DNA of 56,893 nucleotides from Planctomycetota bacterium (lineage in GTDB: Bacteria; Planctomycetota; UBA8108; UBA1146). The notes below the pieces were generated by a model. It was not told the origin of the DNA, made no database searches, and saw only the letters and a program-made list of their open reading frames with translations. Both the position numbers and the translations under genes were made by a program. The first letter of the stretch is position 1. Each line of letters opens with the position of its first letter. The DNA lies in NCBI GenBank assembly GCA_036338595.1, contig JAYZBV010000033.1:1-56893 (forward strand), read 5' to 3'. Positions 28,892 to 38,325 of the stretch are shown piece by piece.

Positions 28892-29458
28892 TCAGGAACT
28901 GACAGTCTCGGCATTCGTGACGGTACAGTCATTCGTGACATTCTGGACAGGTGCGCTAGTGTTCACATCCGTCGCCCAGTTGGCAACATTGACATTGGCA
29001 TTCTCGAGCACGCAATAGGCACAGGCGTTGGCGAAGGCCTTGCACACCCAATAGCCACAGATGCTGACGATGAAGGGGAACACCATGGCAGTCACCGCAA
29101 CGGCGACGGTGCTGGTGGCGGCGGCGGCGAAGAAAGCGCCTCCACAGAAGATCGCACAGGCGACCAGGAAACCGTAGGAAGCGGTGTTCCAGTAGCATGC
29201 TGCATTGTAAGCGTTGTCGACCTGGCCGGTGAAGACCTGGTAGCCACTCTTCCACATGTCGGTGGTGCAGACTGCGAAGCAGGTGACCAGCGCGGTGGCG
29301 ATGATCGATGCAAACACGTTGAGATCAAACATGGTGTTGATCGCGTAATTGGTGGCGATGGTGCAGAGGGCGAAGAAGCCCAGGACACCCGTGATGACCC
29401 GAGCAGTCGGGTAGTTGACGATGTTGCAGTCAGTGCTGCAGTTGTTGTTGGCGTTCAT
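28892..29458 (-). CDS. Hypothetical Cys/Asn-rich membrane protein (about 4 TM, 188 aa)
   Basis: GAAAGG RBS; strongly C-ending codons; four hydrophobic stretches; own terminator. Confidence 0.75.
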   Translation of the reverse strand: MNANNNCSTDCNIVNYPTARVITGVLGFFALCTIATNYAINTMFDLNVFASIIATALVTCFAVCTTDMWKSGYQVFTGQVDNAYNAACYWNTASYGFLVACAIFCGGAFFAAAATSTVAVAVTAMVFPFIVSICGYWVCKAFANACAYCVLENANVNVANWATDVNTSAPVQNVTNDCTVTNAETVSS

Positions 29459-29569
29459 TGCCAGACCTTTCTCTTGTTGCCGGCGCGAAGCTTCAAAGAG
29501 TGGCCGGCTTGGCTCATGGCCCGGAACGCCCAGGCCCAAGGTCTTCTTCGTCAGTGGTGGTGGGAATCT

Positions 29570-30703
29570 TTACCGATTTTGAAGAATTGGCCCGTCCCCA
29601 GGCCCGATAACATCGGTCAGCTCGGAGACCAGGGTGGTCGCCAGGGATCCCGCGTCAAAAGTCTGGATGGCGTGTTCCCGTGCGTTTCTGGCCATCTGCT
29701 GACGACGGTGGGGATCCCGGGCGAGGCTGAGCATCGCTTCGCTGAGAGTCTCAGTTGCCTCGTTTTGAAGCAGTATGCCGGAATTTTCCGGAATCAATTC
29801 TGGCAGCAATCCGCGCCGACTGGCGATGACGGGAACACCACAGCTGAGGGCTTCCCTGGCCGCACGGCAGGTGCCATCGGATCCGGGCACGAGGAATACC
29901 AGCATATCGAAACGGCTCAGATGCTGCGGGTAGCGGTCCGGATCGACGTAACCGGCAAAATGAATCCTGTCGCCGAGCCCGGTCCGAGCCGCAGGATCGC
30001 GAGCCACCTCATCTTGATGGGTACCGCGGCCGAGAATTTCGAGGCGTAACCGCGGTTCCCGTGCCGCTGCTGCGGCGAACGCCTCGATCAGTTCAGGGAA
30101 GCGGCGGTGTCTCTGCATGCGGGCCACGACGCCGATCACGATCGGCGGATCGTGGCCACGATCCGTTTCGACAGCAGCCGGTTGAAATCGCTCCAGATCG
30201 ACAGCGGGGGCAGTGACACGTGTTTTGCCCTCGACCGCCGGGTGCCGGGCGATCAGGCACCGCTCGGCTTCCCTGGTGGGGGGCAGCCAGAGGTGGGTGT
30301 GACGCGCAAGCCAGCTGCCGCGCCAACCGGTCGGAGGATCGAGCTGGTAACTGCTGCGAATCACCCTGACCGGGGTCCTGCGGGCGCAGATGCAAGCGAG
30401 CAGGTGATCGCCGTCGAGGTGGCAGTGAAGAAAATCGGGTTTCTCCTCGTCGATCCAGCGCCTCAGCCGGTTCACATCGAAATAGAGGCTGAATGGTTGC
30501 AGGTGCTTGCCGAGGCGAAGTCCTGACCGGGTCTTCAGTCCCCTGCGGGTAGCCATTTGCTCGACGGTGTTCTCGATCCTCGGGTGTGTACTGGAGATGA
30601 AACTGACTTCCGCACCTGCGCGTTGCTGGCCACTCGCCAGCACCAGCGCCACATCTGCAGGACCGGTGAACTTGTGATTGGCAAACAGGTGAAAGATCTT
30701 CAT
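29570..30703 (-). CDS. Glycosyltransferase family 4
   Basis: PAVDLERF, IGVVARMQRHR, PGSDGTCRAAREALSCGVPVI; ATGA overlap with the GT2 gene. Confidence 0.85.
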   Translation of the reverse strand: MKIFHLFANHKFTGPADVALVLASGQQRAGAEVSFISSTHPRIENTVEQMATRRGLKTRSGLRLGKHLQPFSLYFDVNRLRRWIDEEKPDFLHCHLDGDHLLACICARRTPVRVIRSSYQLDPPTGWRGSWLARHTHLWLPPTREAERCLIARHPAVEGKTRVTAPAVDLERFQPAAVETDRGHDPPIVIGVVARMQRHRRFPELIEAFAAAAAREPRLRLEILGRGTHQDEVARDPAARTGLGDRIHFAGYVDPDRYPQHLSRFDMLVFLVPGSDGTCRAAREALSCGVPVIASRRGLLPELIPENSGILLQNEATETLSEAMLSLARDPHRRQQMARNAREHAIQTFDAGSLATTLVSELTDVIGPGDGPILQNR

Positions 30704-31560
30704 GAGTCGTTCTCTGTCACTTCCCCGGTCGCTCTCCGTGGCCGCCATTCCGGTCCCCTGTGGTGGCGCGGTAAGGAATCGGGGTCGAGACCTCTGGCTC
30801 TCAGTGCTCTGCGTTCCCACAACACTGCGTACTTGAGGAATACATAGATACTGCTAATCCCTGCCAGGATGAATCCGGCGAAGCCATCTCGGTATCCTCG
30901 CTTGAACAGCAGCATCCGGATGAACTTCCAGGGAGCTCTCAGTAACATGCCGGCGAGCGGGCTCCCCTGCCCGCGCTCATCCATCTCGCGAGCTGCGATA
31001 CTGGTGAATGAATCGATGGTTTCGATGTGGTGGTGAAGATTGCGAAAGGAGTAGTGCAAGATTTCACCGTCGAGCGCCAGTGCCTCTCCGGCGAGATCGA
31101 TGTGGTCATGTGGGTTGACTCCTGCCCAGCGCGCTCTTTGGCGGTCGAAGACACGAATCTTTCGGTCGGGATACCAGCCGCCATGGCGGATCCAGCGTCC
31201 CAGATGCCAGGTAAGGCGCGGCATCGAGAATCCAGGGTGAGAGGGGGTTCCCTTCAGTTGTTCCTGGATCTGCTGCTGGAGTCTGGGCGTCACCCTCTCA
31301 TCGGCATCCAGTGAAATCACCCAGTCCGTGGGTGCCAGATCGACGGCTCGATTCTTCTGCTCGATGTGTCCGGGCCAGTCGGTGACATGGACGTGTTCGG
31401 TGAACTCCCTGGCGATCTCGACGGTCCGGTCGGTGGATCCTGAATCCACGACCACGATATGAGAAACCCATCGGAGGGATTCGAGGCAGTCGCGGATGTT
31501 CGCCTCCTCGTTGAAGGTGATCACCGTTGCCGTCAGTTCGATGGCTCTGGAGCCGATCAT
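30700..31560 (-). CDS. Glycosyltransferase family 2 (WaaE/KdtX-like beta-1,4-glucosyltransferase)
   Basis: ITFNEEANIRDCLESL, VVDSGSTDRT, WVISLDADE, GGWYPD, GYRDG. Confidence 0.88.
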   Translation of the reverse strand: MIGSRAIELTATVITFNEEANIRDCLESLRWVSHIVVVDSGSTDRTVEIAREFTEHVHVTDWPGHIEQKNRAVDLAPTDWVISLDADERVTPRLQQQIQEQLKGTPSHPGFSMPRLTWHLGRWIRHGGWYPDRKIRVFDRQRARWAGVNPHDHIDLAGEALALDGEILHYSFRNLHHHIETIDSFTSIAAREMDERGQGSPLAGMLLRAPWKFIRMLLFKRGYRDGFAGFILAGISSIYVFLKYAVLWERRALRARGLDPDSLPRHHRGPEWRPRRATGEVTENDS

Positions 31561-32363
31561 CGGTTCACCTCCAGATAGCGCGGTTGCCACGACCGATCGA
31601 TGTCTCGATCGAGTTCTGCCCTGAAGCGGTGAAAGAGCGTCATCGACTGCTTCTCTGCCTCTCCAAGATCGTATCGGATGCAGCGACTCAGGTAGTCCCT
31701 CGCCTCGGCAATATCGAGTACATCGGGATTCATGCTGGAATATTGATCAGCGATCCGCTCCACCTCCGAGATTCCGGAGCGCGCAGCGGAGGCGAGTTCT
31801 GCACTGACCCAGGGTGGAAGGCCCGACCGTGCCAGCCAGATGGCAAAAACGAACGGAAGGTCGGTCCTCTGTTTCCAGGCCATGCCGAGGTCGGTGCGTT
31901 CGAGCGACGAAATTTTCCTGTGTTTCAGTGCTGCATCTCCGATCAGCAGCACCGCGTCGAGGGTGGTGGATTTTTCAAGTAGAGACAGATCCGAGCGGCT
32001 CTCGACGATCTCCAGAGGTGCCAGGCCATCGAGGTGTCTGAGCACCTGAAGCAGAGCGATGGAGGAGTTGCTGGCCCGATCCGCAGCGACCCTTTCGAGT
32101 TGTTGCCATGGCTTTCGCTCGAAGAGAAGGATCGAGCCCACTTCGCCGTCGCAGGAGATGCAATGACCATCGACGATGCGGTAGTCCGCATCGAAGCAAG
32201 CCTCGACCTGCGGAACCAGACCCACATCGATCTCACCGCATCGAAGAGCGCTGGCCAGTTCACTCGGCATTCCTTCGACGATTTGCCACCGTTCGTGGTC
32301 GCGTGGAAGTTGGCTACAGAGGGGGGCCGCGTTGAGAAAATCGATGGCGCCAACTCGAACCAT
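31557..32363 (-). CDS. mqnA: Chorismate dehydratase of the futalosine menaquinone pathway (MqnA/MqnD family)
   Basis: VGAIDFLNAAPL, CISCDGEVGSI, ASNSSIALL, LLIGDAAL, DLGMAWKQRTDLPFVFAIW. Confidence 0.85.
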   Translation of the reverse strand: MVRVGAIDFLNAAPLCSQLPRDHERWQIVEGMPSELASALRCGEIDVGLVPQVEACFDADYRIVDGHCISCDGEVGSILLFERKPWQQLERVAADRASNSSIALLQVLRHLDGLAPLEIVESRSDLSLLEKSTTLDAVLLIGDAALKHRKISSLERTDLGMAWKQRTDLPFVFAIWLARSGLPPWVSAELASAARSGISEVERIADQYSSMNPDVLDIAEARDYLSRCIRYDLGEAEKQSMTLFHRFRAELDRDIDRSWQPRYLEVNR

Positions 32364-33208
32364 CACCGCCTCCACTCGGATTGTGGAAGCAGGTCCTGGC
32401 TGGCGCGAACAACCCTGCGCAGTAGCGCTGGATCCGCGCCCGTGACCTGGTGCAGGAAGCGGATCCCTTCGCCGTGGCGAAGGGGGGGGATGCGGCCCCG
32501 GATCGATTTGCGGTAGGAGCGTACCAGTCGCTTCAGATTGCCGAGTCGGTCTGCTGCGGGGCCCAGGCCACCGGGATCGAGGTCGACCAGGATCGCTCGT
32601 GGCGGAGTTTCCGGGATCTGCTGGACGAGGATGTTCATCAGATTCAGATCGCCATGCAGAAATCCCGCTTCGTGAAAATCCCGGATGGTGTCGGCGACCG
32701 CCTTGAGCACCTGGCGTCTGTTCAGATCGGATCGAGTTTCATCGGCGAGGGTTTCGAGCAAGGTCTCGACTTCATTCTCGAGTCGCACCAGCATCTCGAC
32801 CCGATGGCCAATTCCTGCGGGAGTCGCTGCGATGGCGATCACGTCAGATGTAGCAATCCCCAGAGATCTTGCTCTGGCCGTCAATTCCATCTCACGCAGA
32901 AATCGCTGAACACTCCAGTGACGATCGTGCACCAGCGTCCCGAACCAGCCGCCACGCAGGCATCTTTTCCACAGCAACAGCGTGCCATCGCTACCGAGGT
33001 ACACCGGGTGCTGACCTCGACCGGTACGGTGACTCTCCGGATGTACGGTTGCGGTGCCGGTGACAAATCCACAGTCCTCCACGACCTGCTGGTCTCGACT
33101 GGAAAACCACACCTCTCTGGTGCCGGAGCTGATATGAAGCGGCGAAGAGGGGCGCGAGCGATCTTCAGGGATCCGGGAGGAAGGAACTGGAATCGGGTTC
33201 GGGATCAT
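32363..33208 (-). CDS. Lipopolysaccharide kinase (Kdo/WaaP/InaA family)
   Basis: GRG, KRCLRGG, RFLREM, FHEAGFLHGDLNLMNIL, LVDLD, NLKRLVRS. Confidence 0.8.
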   Translation of the reverse strand: MIPNPIPVPSSRIPEDRSRPSSPLHISSGTREVWFSSRDQQVVEDCGFVTGTATVHPESHRTGRGQHPVYLGSDGTLLLWKRCLRGGWFGTLVHDRHWSVQRFLREMELTARARSLGIATSDVIAIAATPAGIGHRVEMLVRLENEVETLLETLADETRSDLNRRQVLKAVADTIRDFHEAGFLHGDLNLMNILVQQIPETPPRAILVDLDPGGLGPAADRLGNLKRLVRSYRKSIRGRIPPLRHGEGIRFLHQVTGADPALLRRVVRASQDLLPQSEWRR

Positions 33209-33247
33209 GGCGTCCCTCGTGCTGCTGGACCCGACGGGGCGAAAAAA

Positions 33248-33324
33248 TGGTCGGACCGAGTGGATTCGAACCACCGACCTCCACACCCCCAGCGTGGCGC
33301 ACTACCAAACTGTGCTACGGCCCG
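33248..33324 (-). tRNA. tRNA-Pro(GGG)
   Basis: CGGGCCG acceptor stem, anticodon arm CCACG-CTGGGGG-TGTGG, GGTTCGAATCC T-loop, encoded CCA. Confidence 0.95.
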
Positions 33325-33379
33325 ACCTCTAGTCGTGTTTCTTGCAAGGGGTCCGATGCTAGTCGGAGCGTTGGCCCCG

Positions 33380-34231
33380 TCAAGGCCTCGGATCTGCTTC
33401 ATCGTGTACTTCTTGGGCGGATTCATCGCCAGCGGGGATCTGTCGCTGGATCGCCGCCGCATCGGGGATCTGATTCGGGGGAAGGATCACACCTGCGGAG
33501 ATGGTGAAGCGAAGCACCTCGTCGACGCTCAGGTCGAGAGGGATCACGGTTTTTCTGGGAACCAGGATCGTGTATCCGGTGATGGGCGTCGGGCTCGACG
33601 GGATGAAGATCGCGACCACCTCCTCGCCCGCTATCTCGCTCACCGTCTTGAATCCAGAACTGGTGACGAACCCGAGGGACCAGATGCCCATTCGAGGGTA
33701 TTCAACAGCCACTGCAGTTTCGTATTCGATCTTGTTCTTTTCCTCGAAGAAGAACTCGGTGACCTGTTTTGCATAGGGGTAGATGACCTTGATCAATGGG
33801 ATCTGCTGGATGAGAGACTCGAGGCCTTTCAAGACCTGCCTACCGAGGTAGCCCCTGAAGAGGATGCCCACTGTAAAAACCAGGGCAAGTGCGAGCAAGA
33901 AACCAAGCCAGTGAGGAGCGATCCCTTCGACATAAGCCGTGAAGGGGATGTCACCTGCTCGCTCTGGCAGCCCGCTGGTGTCGATCACCTCGTCGAGTTG
34001 CCAGTCGGGCATCCCCAGCACACCCTGCCACAACTGGTCCTTTGCCAGCTGAGAGGACAGACTCTTGTGGATCAGGTTATTGAGTGGAACGGCGATCTTC
34101 TCGTTGAGGAAGTTGTAAGCGATGGTCAGGATCAAAATCGTCAGTACGGTGGGAAGTAATGTTGCGAGGCCGGTCAGGAATGCCCTGCTCAGCCCACCAC
34201 GCTTCTTTTTCTTCTTCTTCGATCTGGTCAA
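33380..34231 (-). CDS. DUF502 family membrane protein
   Basis: FLTGLATLLP, IPLIKVIY, VEYPRMGIWSLGFVT, FIPSSPTPITGY, SVDEVLRFTISAG. Confidence 0.88.
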   Translation of the reverse strand: MTRSKKKKKKRGGLSRAFLTGLATLLPTVLTILILTIAYNFLNEKIAVPLNNLIHKSLSSQLAKDQLWQGVLGMPDWQLDEVIDTSGLPERAGDIPFTAYVEGIAPHWLGFLLALALVFTVGILFRGYLGRQVLKGLESLIQQIPLIKVIYPYAKQVTEFFFEEKNKIEYETAVAVEYPRMGIWSLGFVTSSGFKTVSEIAGEEVVAIFIPSSPTPITGYTILVPRKTVIPLDLSVDEVLRFTISAGVILPPNQIPDAAAIQRQIPAGDESAQEVHDEADPRP

Positions 34232-34436
34232 AAATCCCCCGATGTTGTAGCAACGACCGCTGGCAGGGTAACAGGGTATCAGGCACGACCCGTATCAGAA
34301 GGGCTCGTTCCATGTCGATGGCAGCCATTCTGGCCAGAAATCTCCACCTCGACAAGTTCTGCAGTCCGTCTGGAGATGAGGATCGGTTTCGGTACCCTGT
34401 CAGCAGTCCAGTCGAGGGGCAGGGGGGAGCGACGCA

Positions 34437-35432
34437 ATGAGCCTCATCACATTATCTGGCCTCACGCCGAGCAGTTCCGGCATCCATCTGGGGAATTACT
34501 TCGGTGCCATCCGACAGTGGATCGATCTTCAGCAAGCGGGTGGGGCTCACTACTTCATCGCCTCATACCATGCCCTGACGACGGTCAGGAAACCTGAATT
34601 GTTGGCTTCCAACATCACATCGGTGGCGATGGATTACCTGGCTCTCGGGTTGGATCCAGAGGTGGCAGTGATCTACCGCCAAGAAGATGTGCCCGAGGTG
34701 TGCGAACTCTCGTGGATCCTCTCGACACTGACTCCGATGGGCTTGCTCGAGAGATGCCACGCATACAAGGACAAGGTCTCGCGAGGAATATCTGCAGATC
34801 ATGGACTGTTTGCGTATCCAGTTCTGATGGCCGCTGACATCTTGATCGTGAGATCGAACAGGGTTCCTGTCGGTAACGATCAGAAGCAGCATGTCGAGGT
34901 GACCCGGGATATCGCCGGCAAGTTCAACCAGACATTCAGTGAGGTGTTCCCGATCCCTGAACCGCTCATCATCGAGGGGAATGCTGCAAAGGTTCCGGGG
35001 ATCGATGGCCAGAAGATGAGTAAGTCGTATGGCAATGATCTGTGTATCTTCGATACCGAGAAAAAACTGCGCAAGAAGGTGATGTCGATCGTGACCGACT
35101 CGAAGGGGGTCGAAGAAGCCAAAGAACCGGATGGAAACACCATCTTCGAACTCTACAAACTGGTCGCATCCAGCGATCAGGTCGAGGAGATGGCGGACAA
35201 ATTGAGATCGAGCGGTGTCGGTTACGGATACGGTCACGCCAAGCAGGAACTTCACGATGCGATACTCGAGTATTTCTCCGATGCACGCACTCGCAGGCAG
35301 CAACTGGCAGATAATCCGTCTCAGGTGGAGGAGATCCTTCGCCATGGGGCCAGTCGGGTGCGACCCGTCGTGGAGTCCACCATGGATGCTGTGCGATCAG
35401 CGGTGGGTGTCAGTCCGAGAACGATCCTCTAG
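34437..35432 (+). CDS. trpS: Tryptophan--tRNA ligase
   Basis: HLGNYFGA, YPVLMAADIL, VPVGNDQKQH, KMSKS. Confidence 0.97.
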   Translation: MSLITLSGLTPSSSGIHLGNYFGAIRQWIDLQQAGGAHYFIASYHALTTVRKPELLASNITSVAMDYLALGLDPEVAVIYRQEDVPEVCELSWILSTLTPMGLLERCHAYKDKVSRGISADHGLFAYPVLMAADILIVRSNRVPVGNDQKQHVEVTRDIAGKFNQTFSEVFPIPEPLIIEGNAAKVPGIDGQKMSKSYGNDLCIFDTEKKLRKKVMSIVTDSKGVEEAKEPDGNTIFELYKLVASSDQVEEMADKLRSSGVGYGYGHAKQELHDAILEYFSDARTRRQQLADNPSQVEEILRHGASRVRPVVESTMDAVRSAVGVSPRTIL

Positions 35433-35464
35433 AGCAGCCACATCAGAGAAGAAACTGGATCGTT

Positions 35465-36706
35465 TCAACCCTGGATCCGCGTCGGATATCCATCGCACAT
35501 CTCTCGCACCCTCGCCCGGATCCCTTCGATGCTGTTCTCGTCATCCGGGTTCTTCAGCACCTCTAGAATCATGCCACCGATGCGACGGACCTCTTCAGCG
35601 CCCATACCGCGACTTGTGATGGTCGGTGTGCCGATGCGCATGCCGCTGGGTCGACGCGGTGGCGCCGGGTCGTAGGGGATCATGTTCATGTTGACGACGA
35701 TGCCGGCGCGTCCCAGTGCCGCTTCTGCGATGTCTCCGGTCAGGTCCATCGACCTCAGGTCAGCGAGGATCATGTGATTGTCGGTTCCACCCGAGACCAG
35801 TCTCAATCCTCCATCGGAGAGGATCTGACCCAGCTGAATCGAGTTGTCGACGACCTGGCGCGCGTAATCGCGAAACTGGTCGGTCAACGCCTCGCGAAAG
35901 CAAACGGCACGCGCAGCGACCTGATGCATCAGCGGACCGCCCTGACCGCCGGGGAAAACAGCAGAGTCAATTTTCTTGCGCCACTTCTTTCGGCACAGGA
36001 TCAGGCCGCTTCTTGGCCCCCTGAGAGTCTTGTGTGTCGTGGTCGTGACCACATCGGCATGCGGGATGGGACTCGGATGAACCCCTGCGGCGACCAGGCC
36101 AGCGATGTGCGCCATATCGACCATCAACCTCGCGTCCACCTCTTCTGCGATGCTCCGGAAGCCCTCGAAATCGATGATTCTCGGGTATGCGCTGGCTCCA
36201 GCGACGATCAGTGAGGGACGCACTTCTTTCGCCATCTTCCTGACCTGGTCGAGGTCGATCAATTCGCTCTCGCTCGACACGGGGTAGTGGTGAAAGTTGT
36301 AGATCTTGCCAGTGAGGCTCACCTTGGCACCGTGAGAGAGATGTCCACCATGAGATAGATCCATGGCAAGTACGGTGTCGCCGGGAGAGAGCAGTGCGGA
36401 GTATGCAGCGACATTGGCCTGGGTTCCCGAGTGCGCCTGGACATTGGCGTGATCGGCTCCGAACAACTCCACGGCGCGAGAGCGTGCAAACTCCTCCGCC
36501 TCGTCCACCACCTCGCAGCCACCGTAGTAGCGTCGTCCGGGGTATCCTTCGGCATACTTGTTGGTCAATACTGAACCCTGTGCTGCCAGAACCGCATCGC
36601 TGACGATATTCTCGCTTGCGATCAGGTTGACCTCGCCCTTCTGGCGAGCCTCTTCCCGGACGATGATGTCGGCGATCTCTGGGTCCGTTTGCTGGATGGC
36701 TACCAC
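35465..36706 (-). CDS. glyA: Serine hydroxymethyltransferase
   Basis: LIASEN, NKYAEGYPGRRYYGGC, GGHLSHG, TTTTHKTLRGPR; AAGGAG RBS before GTG 36706. Confidence 0.97.
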   Translation of the reverse strand: MVAIQQTDPEIADIIVREEARQKGEVNLIASENIVSDAVLAAQGSVLTNKYAEGYPGRRYYGGCEVVDEAEEFARSRAVELFGADHANVQAHSGTQANVAAYSALLSPGDTVLAMDLSHGGHLSHGAKVSLTGKIYNFHHYPVSSESELIDLDQVRKMAKEVRPSLIVAGASAYPRIIDFEGFRSIAEEVDARLMVDMAHIAGLVAAGVHPSPIPHADVVTTTTHKTLRGPRSGLILCRKKWRKKIDSAVFPGGQGGPLMHQVAARAVCFREALTDQFRDYARQVVDNSIQLGQILSDGGLRLVSGGTDNHMILADLRSMDLTGDIAEAALGRAGIVVNMNMIPYDPAPPRRPSGMRIGTPTITSRGMGAEEVRRIGGMILEVLKNPDDENSIEGIRARVREMCDGYPTRIQG

Positions 36707-36716
36707 CTGTTGCTCC

Positions 36717-37832
36717 TTATCCGGTCGATTGATCCGTACGTGATTGTTGTCGCAGCCAACTCTCGATGAATGGCTGCAAATCACCATCGAGAACCGAATC
36801 TGTATTTGCTGTTTCGTGGTCAGTGCGGTGATCCTTGACCATCTTGTAGGGGTGCAGCACGTAGGATCGGATCTGACTGCCGAAGGCGATCTCGCTCTTG
36901 GTGCCCTGGATCCTGTTCATCTCCTCGCGGCGCTCCCGCTCCTGGGCCTCGAGGATACGAGCCTTGAGGACCCGCATCGCCTGAGCCCTGTTGGCGTGCT
37001 GGGAGCGTTCGTTCTGGCACTGCACGACGATTCCGGTGGGCAGGTGAGTGATCCTGACTGCAGAGTCGGTGGTATTGACGTGCTGCCCTCCAGCTCCACT
37101 GGCTCGATAGGTGTCCACCCTGAGATCGACTTCTGCGATCTCGATGTCATCGACTACATCCGTTTCAGGTATCACCCGTACGGATGCGAACGCAGTCTGT
37201 CGTCTTGCCTGTGCATCGAAGGGAGAAATCCTGACGATACGGTGCACTCCCGATTCAGCCCGCAGGTAGCCATAGGCATAATCACCGACGAGGTGAATCG
37301 TCGAGGACTTCAATCCGGCTTCCTCTGCGGGTTGTTCATCGATGATGGTGGTGCGGTACCCCTGCTGTTCTGCCCAGCGAAGAAACATGCGCTGAACCAT
37401 CAGTGTCCAGTCGCAGGCATCGGTACCGCCGGCACCTGCCTGGATTTCGAGGTAGGCGTTGGCTGCATCGTATTTACCGCGCAGCAGAGTCTTCAGTTCG
37501 AGCCCCTCCGCTCGTGCGAGCAGTTGCAGGCTATCTTGCTCGACTTCATCCATCGCTTCCGAGTCCTGATCAGCCACGGCGAGTTCGAGCATCGACAGGG
37601 CATCTTCGACCTCACTCGAGAGGCCCTCGATGCTCTGGACCGATTCCTTGACCCTTTTGAGTTCTGCGATGGTGCGTTCGGCATTGTCGCGGTCATCCCA
37701 GAAATCGGAGGAGGACAGCTGCTCCTCCAGTATCGTCAGCCGCTCGCGCTGTTGATCGTGACAGGTCGCATCGCGGATCCTGTCGAGCAGATCCTTGACG
37801 CTGTGTAGTCTGGAGTTGACCTCGGCGTTCAC
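36717..37832 (-). CDS. prfB: Peptide chain release factor 2, continuous ORF with no programmed frameshift
   Basis: SPF anticodon motif (RISPFD), GAGGQHVN, FGSQIRSYVLHPY. Confidence 0.95.
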   Translation of the reverse strand: MNAEVNSRLHSVKDLLDRIRDATCHDQQRERLTILEEQLSSSDFWDDRDNAERTIAELKRVKESVQSIEGLSSEVEDALSMLELAVADQDSEAMDEVEQDSLQLLARAEGLELKTLLRGKYDAANAYLEIQAGAGGTDACDWTLMVQRMFLRWAEQQGYRTTIIDEQPAEEAGLKSSTIHLVGDYAYGYLRAESGVHRIVRISPFDAQARRQTAFASVRVIPETDVVDDIEIAEVDLRVDTYRASGAGGQHVNTTDSAVRITHLPTGIVVQCQNERSQHANRAQAMRVLKARILEAQERERREEMNRIQGTKSEIAFGSQIRSYVLHPYKMVKDHRTDHETANTDSVLDGDLQPFIESWLRQQSRTDQSTG

Positions 37833-38014
37833 GATTTTGTGCCATTTCAGTCTGGGTACTGGACTTGATTTCGGTCCCCATGGTGCCGCCGAGACGGCTC
37901 CGGGCCAAGTGGACCCGTTGCGCCGCGACCAAGTTTCGCCAGATGAGAGCAGTTTTTTGCCGTGCGGGGGGTCGATGAGGCCATCGGAAGCGGGTGAGGG
38001 GCTGTTGCTACAGG

Positions 38015-38055
38015 AATTGAAGAAGGGCCCGGAAGGAGAAACTCCTTCCGGGCCC
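38015..38055 (-). terminator. Strong hairpin, probable intrinsic terminator
   Basis: 14-bp stem GGGCCCGGAAGGAG/CTCCTTCCGGGCCC, followed on the minus strand by TTCTTCAATT. Confidence 0.65.
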
Positions 38056-38325
38056 CGTCATCTGCTGGGCAAGTTGGGCGGATCGGGCCGCCTTCCCCGT
38101 CAGGGAGCGTGCTACCGCACCCACCCCCCAGCAGAGCCACTAAACTTCATCAATGGATCACCTCCTTTCCGGGTAGAGCACCCGGCATCATGCGGACATG
38201 GCACCCGCAACCGGGAAACCGTCCCATCCGGCGGCGTCCCACCGGAACGATCAAACAGGATCCGACGACGTCGCATCGGAAAATCGTTGTCAATGTGGAG
38301 GCCGACGCGTTGGTCGGCTGCTGTG
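38015..38325 (-). other. Candidate structured RNA or leader with a perfect extended Shine-Dalgarno and a 12-codon sORF (38112..38150, MKFSGSAGGWVR)
   Basis: GAAAGGAGGTGATCCA at 38154-38169, several hairpins, long stem TCTGCTGGG/CCCAGCAGA, terminal terminator. Confidence 0.45.

Noticed and set aside
29465..29556. Hammerhead ribozyme (CUGACGA ... GAAA on the minus strand)
   Set aside because: The bases next to the two core motifs do not form stem II, and no stem I/III with a cleavage triplet is evident.
32450..34159. 569-aa plus-strand ORF
   Set aside because: It runs antisense across the kinase, tRNA-Pro and DUF502 genes and has no motifs.
38056..38140. SRP RNA (ffs) candidate
   Set aside because: It is a long stem, but the conserved CAGG..GGAA..AGCAG domain IV motif is absent on both strands.
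38154..38169. TGGATCACCTCCTTTC as a 16S rRNA gene fragment
   Set aside because: No rRNA-like sequence flanks it. It reads better as a minus-strand extended Shine-Dalgarno.
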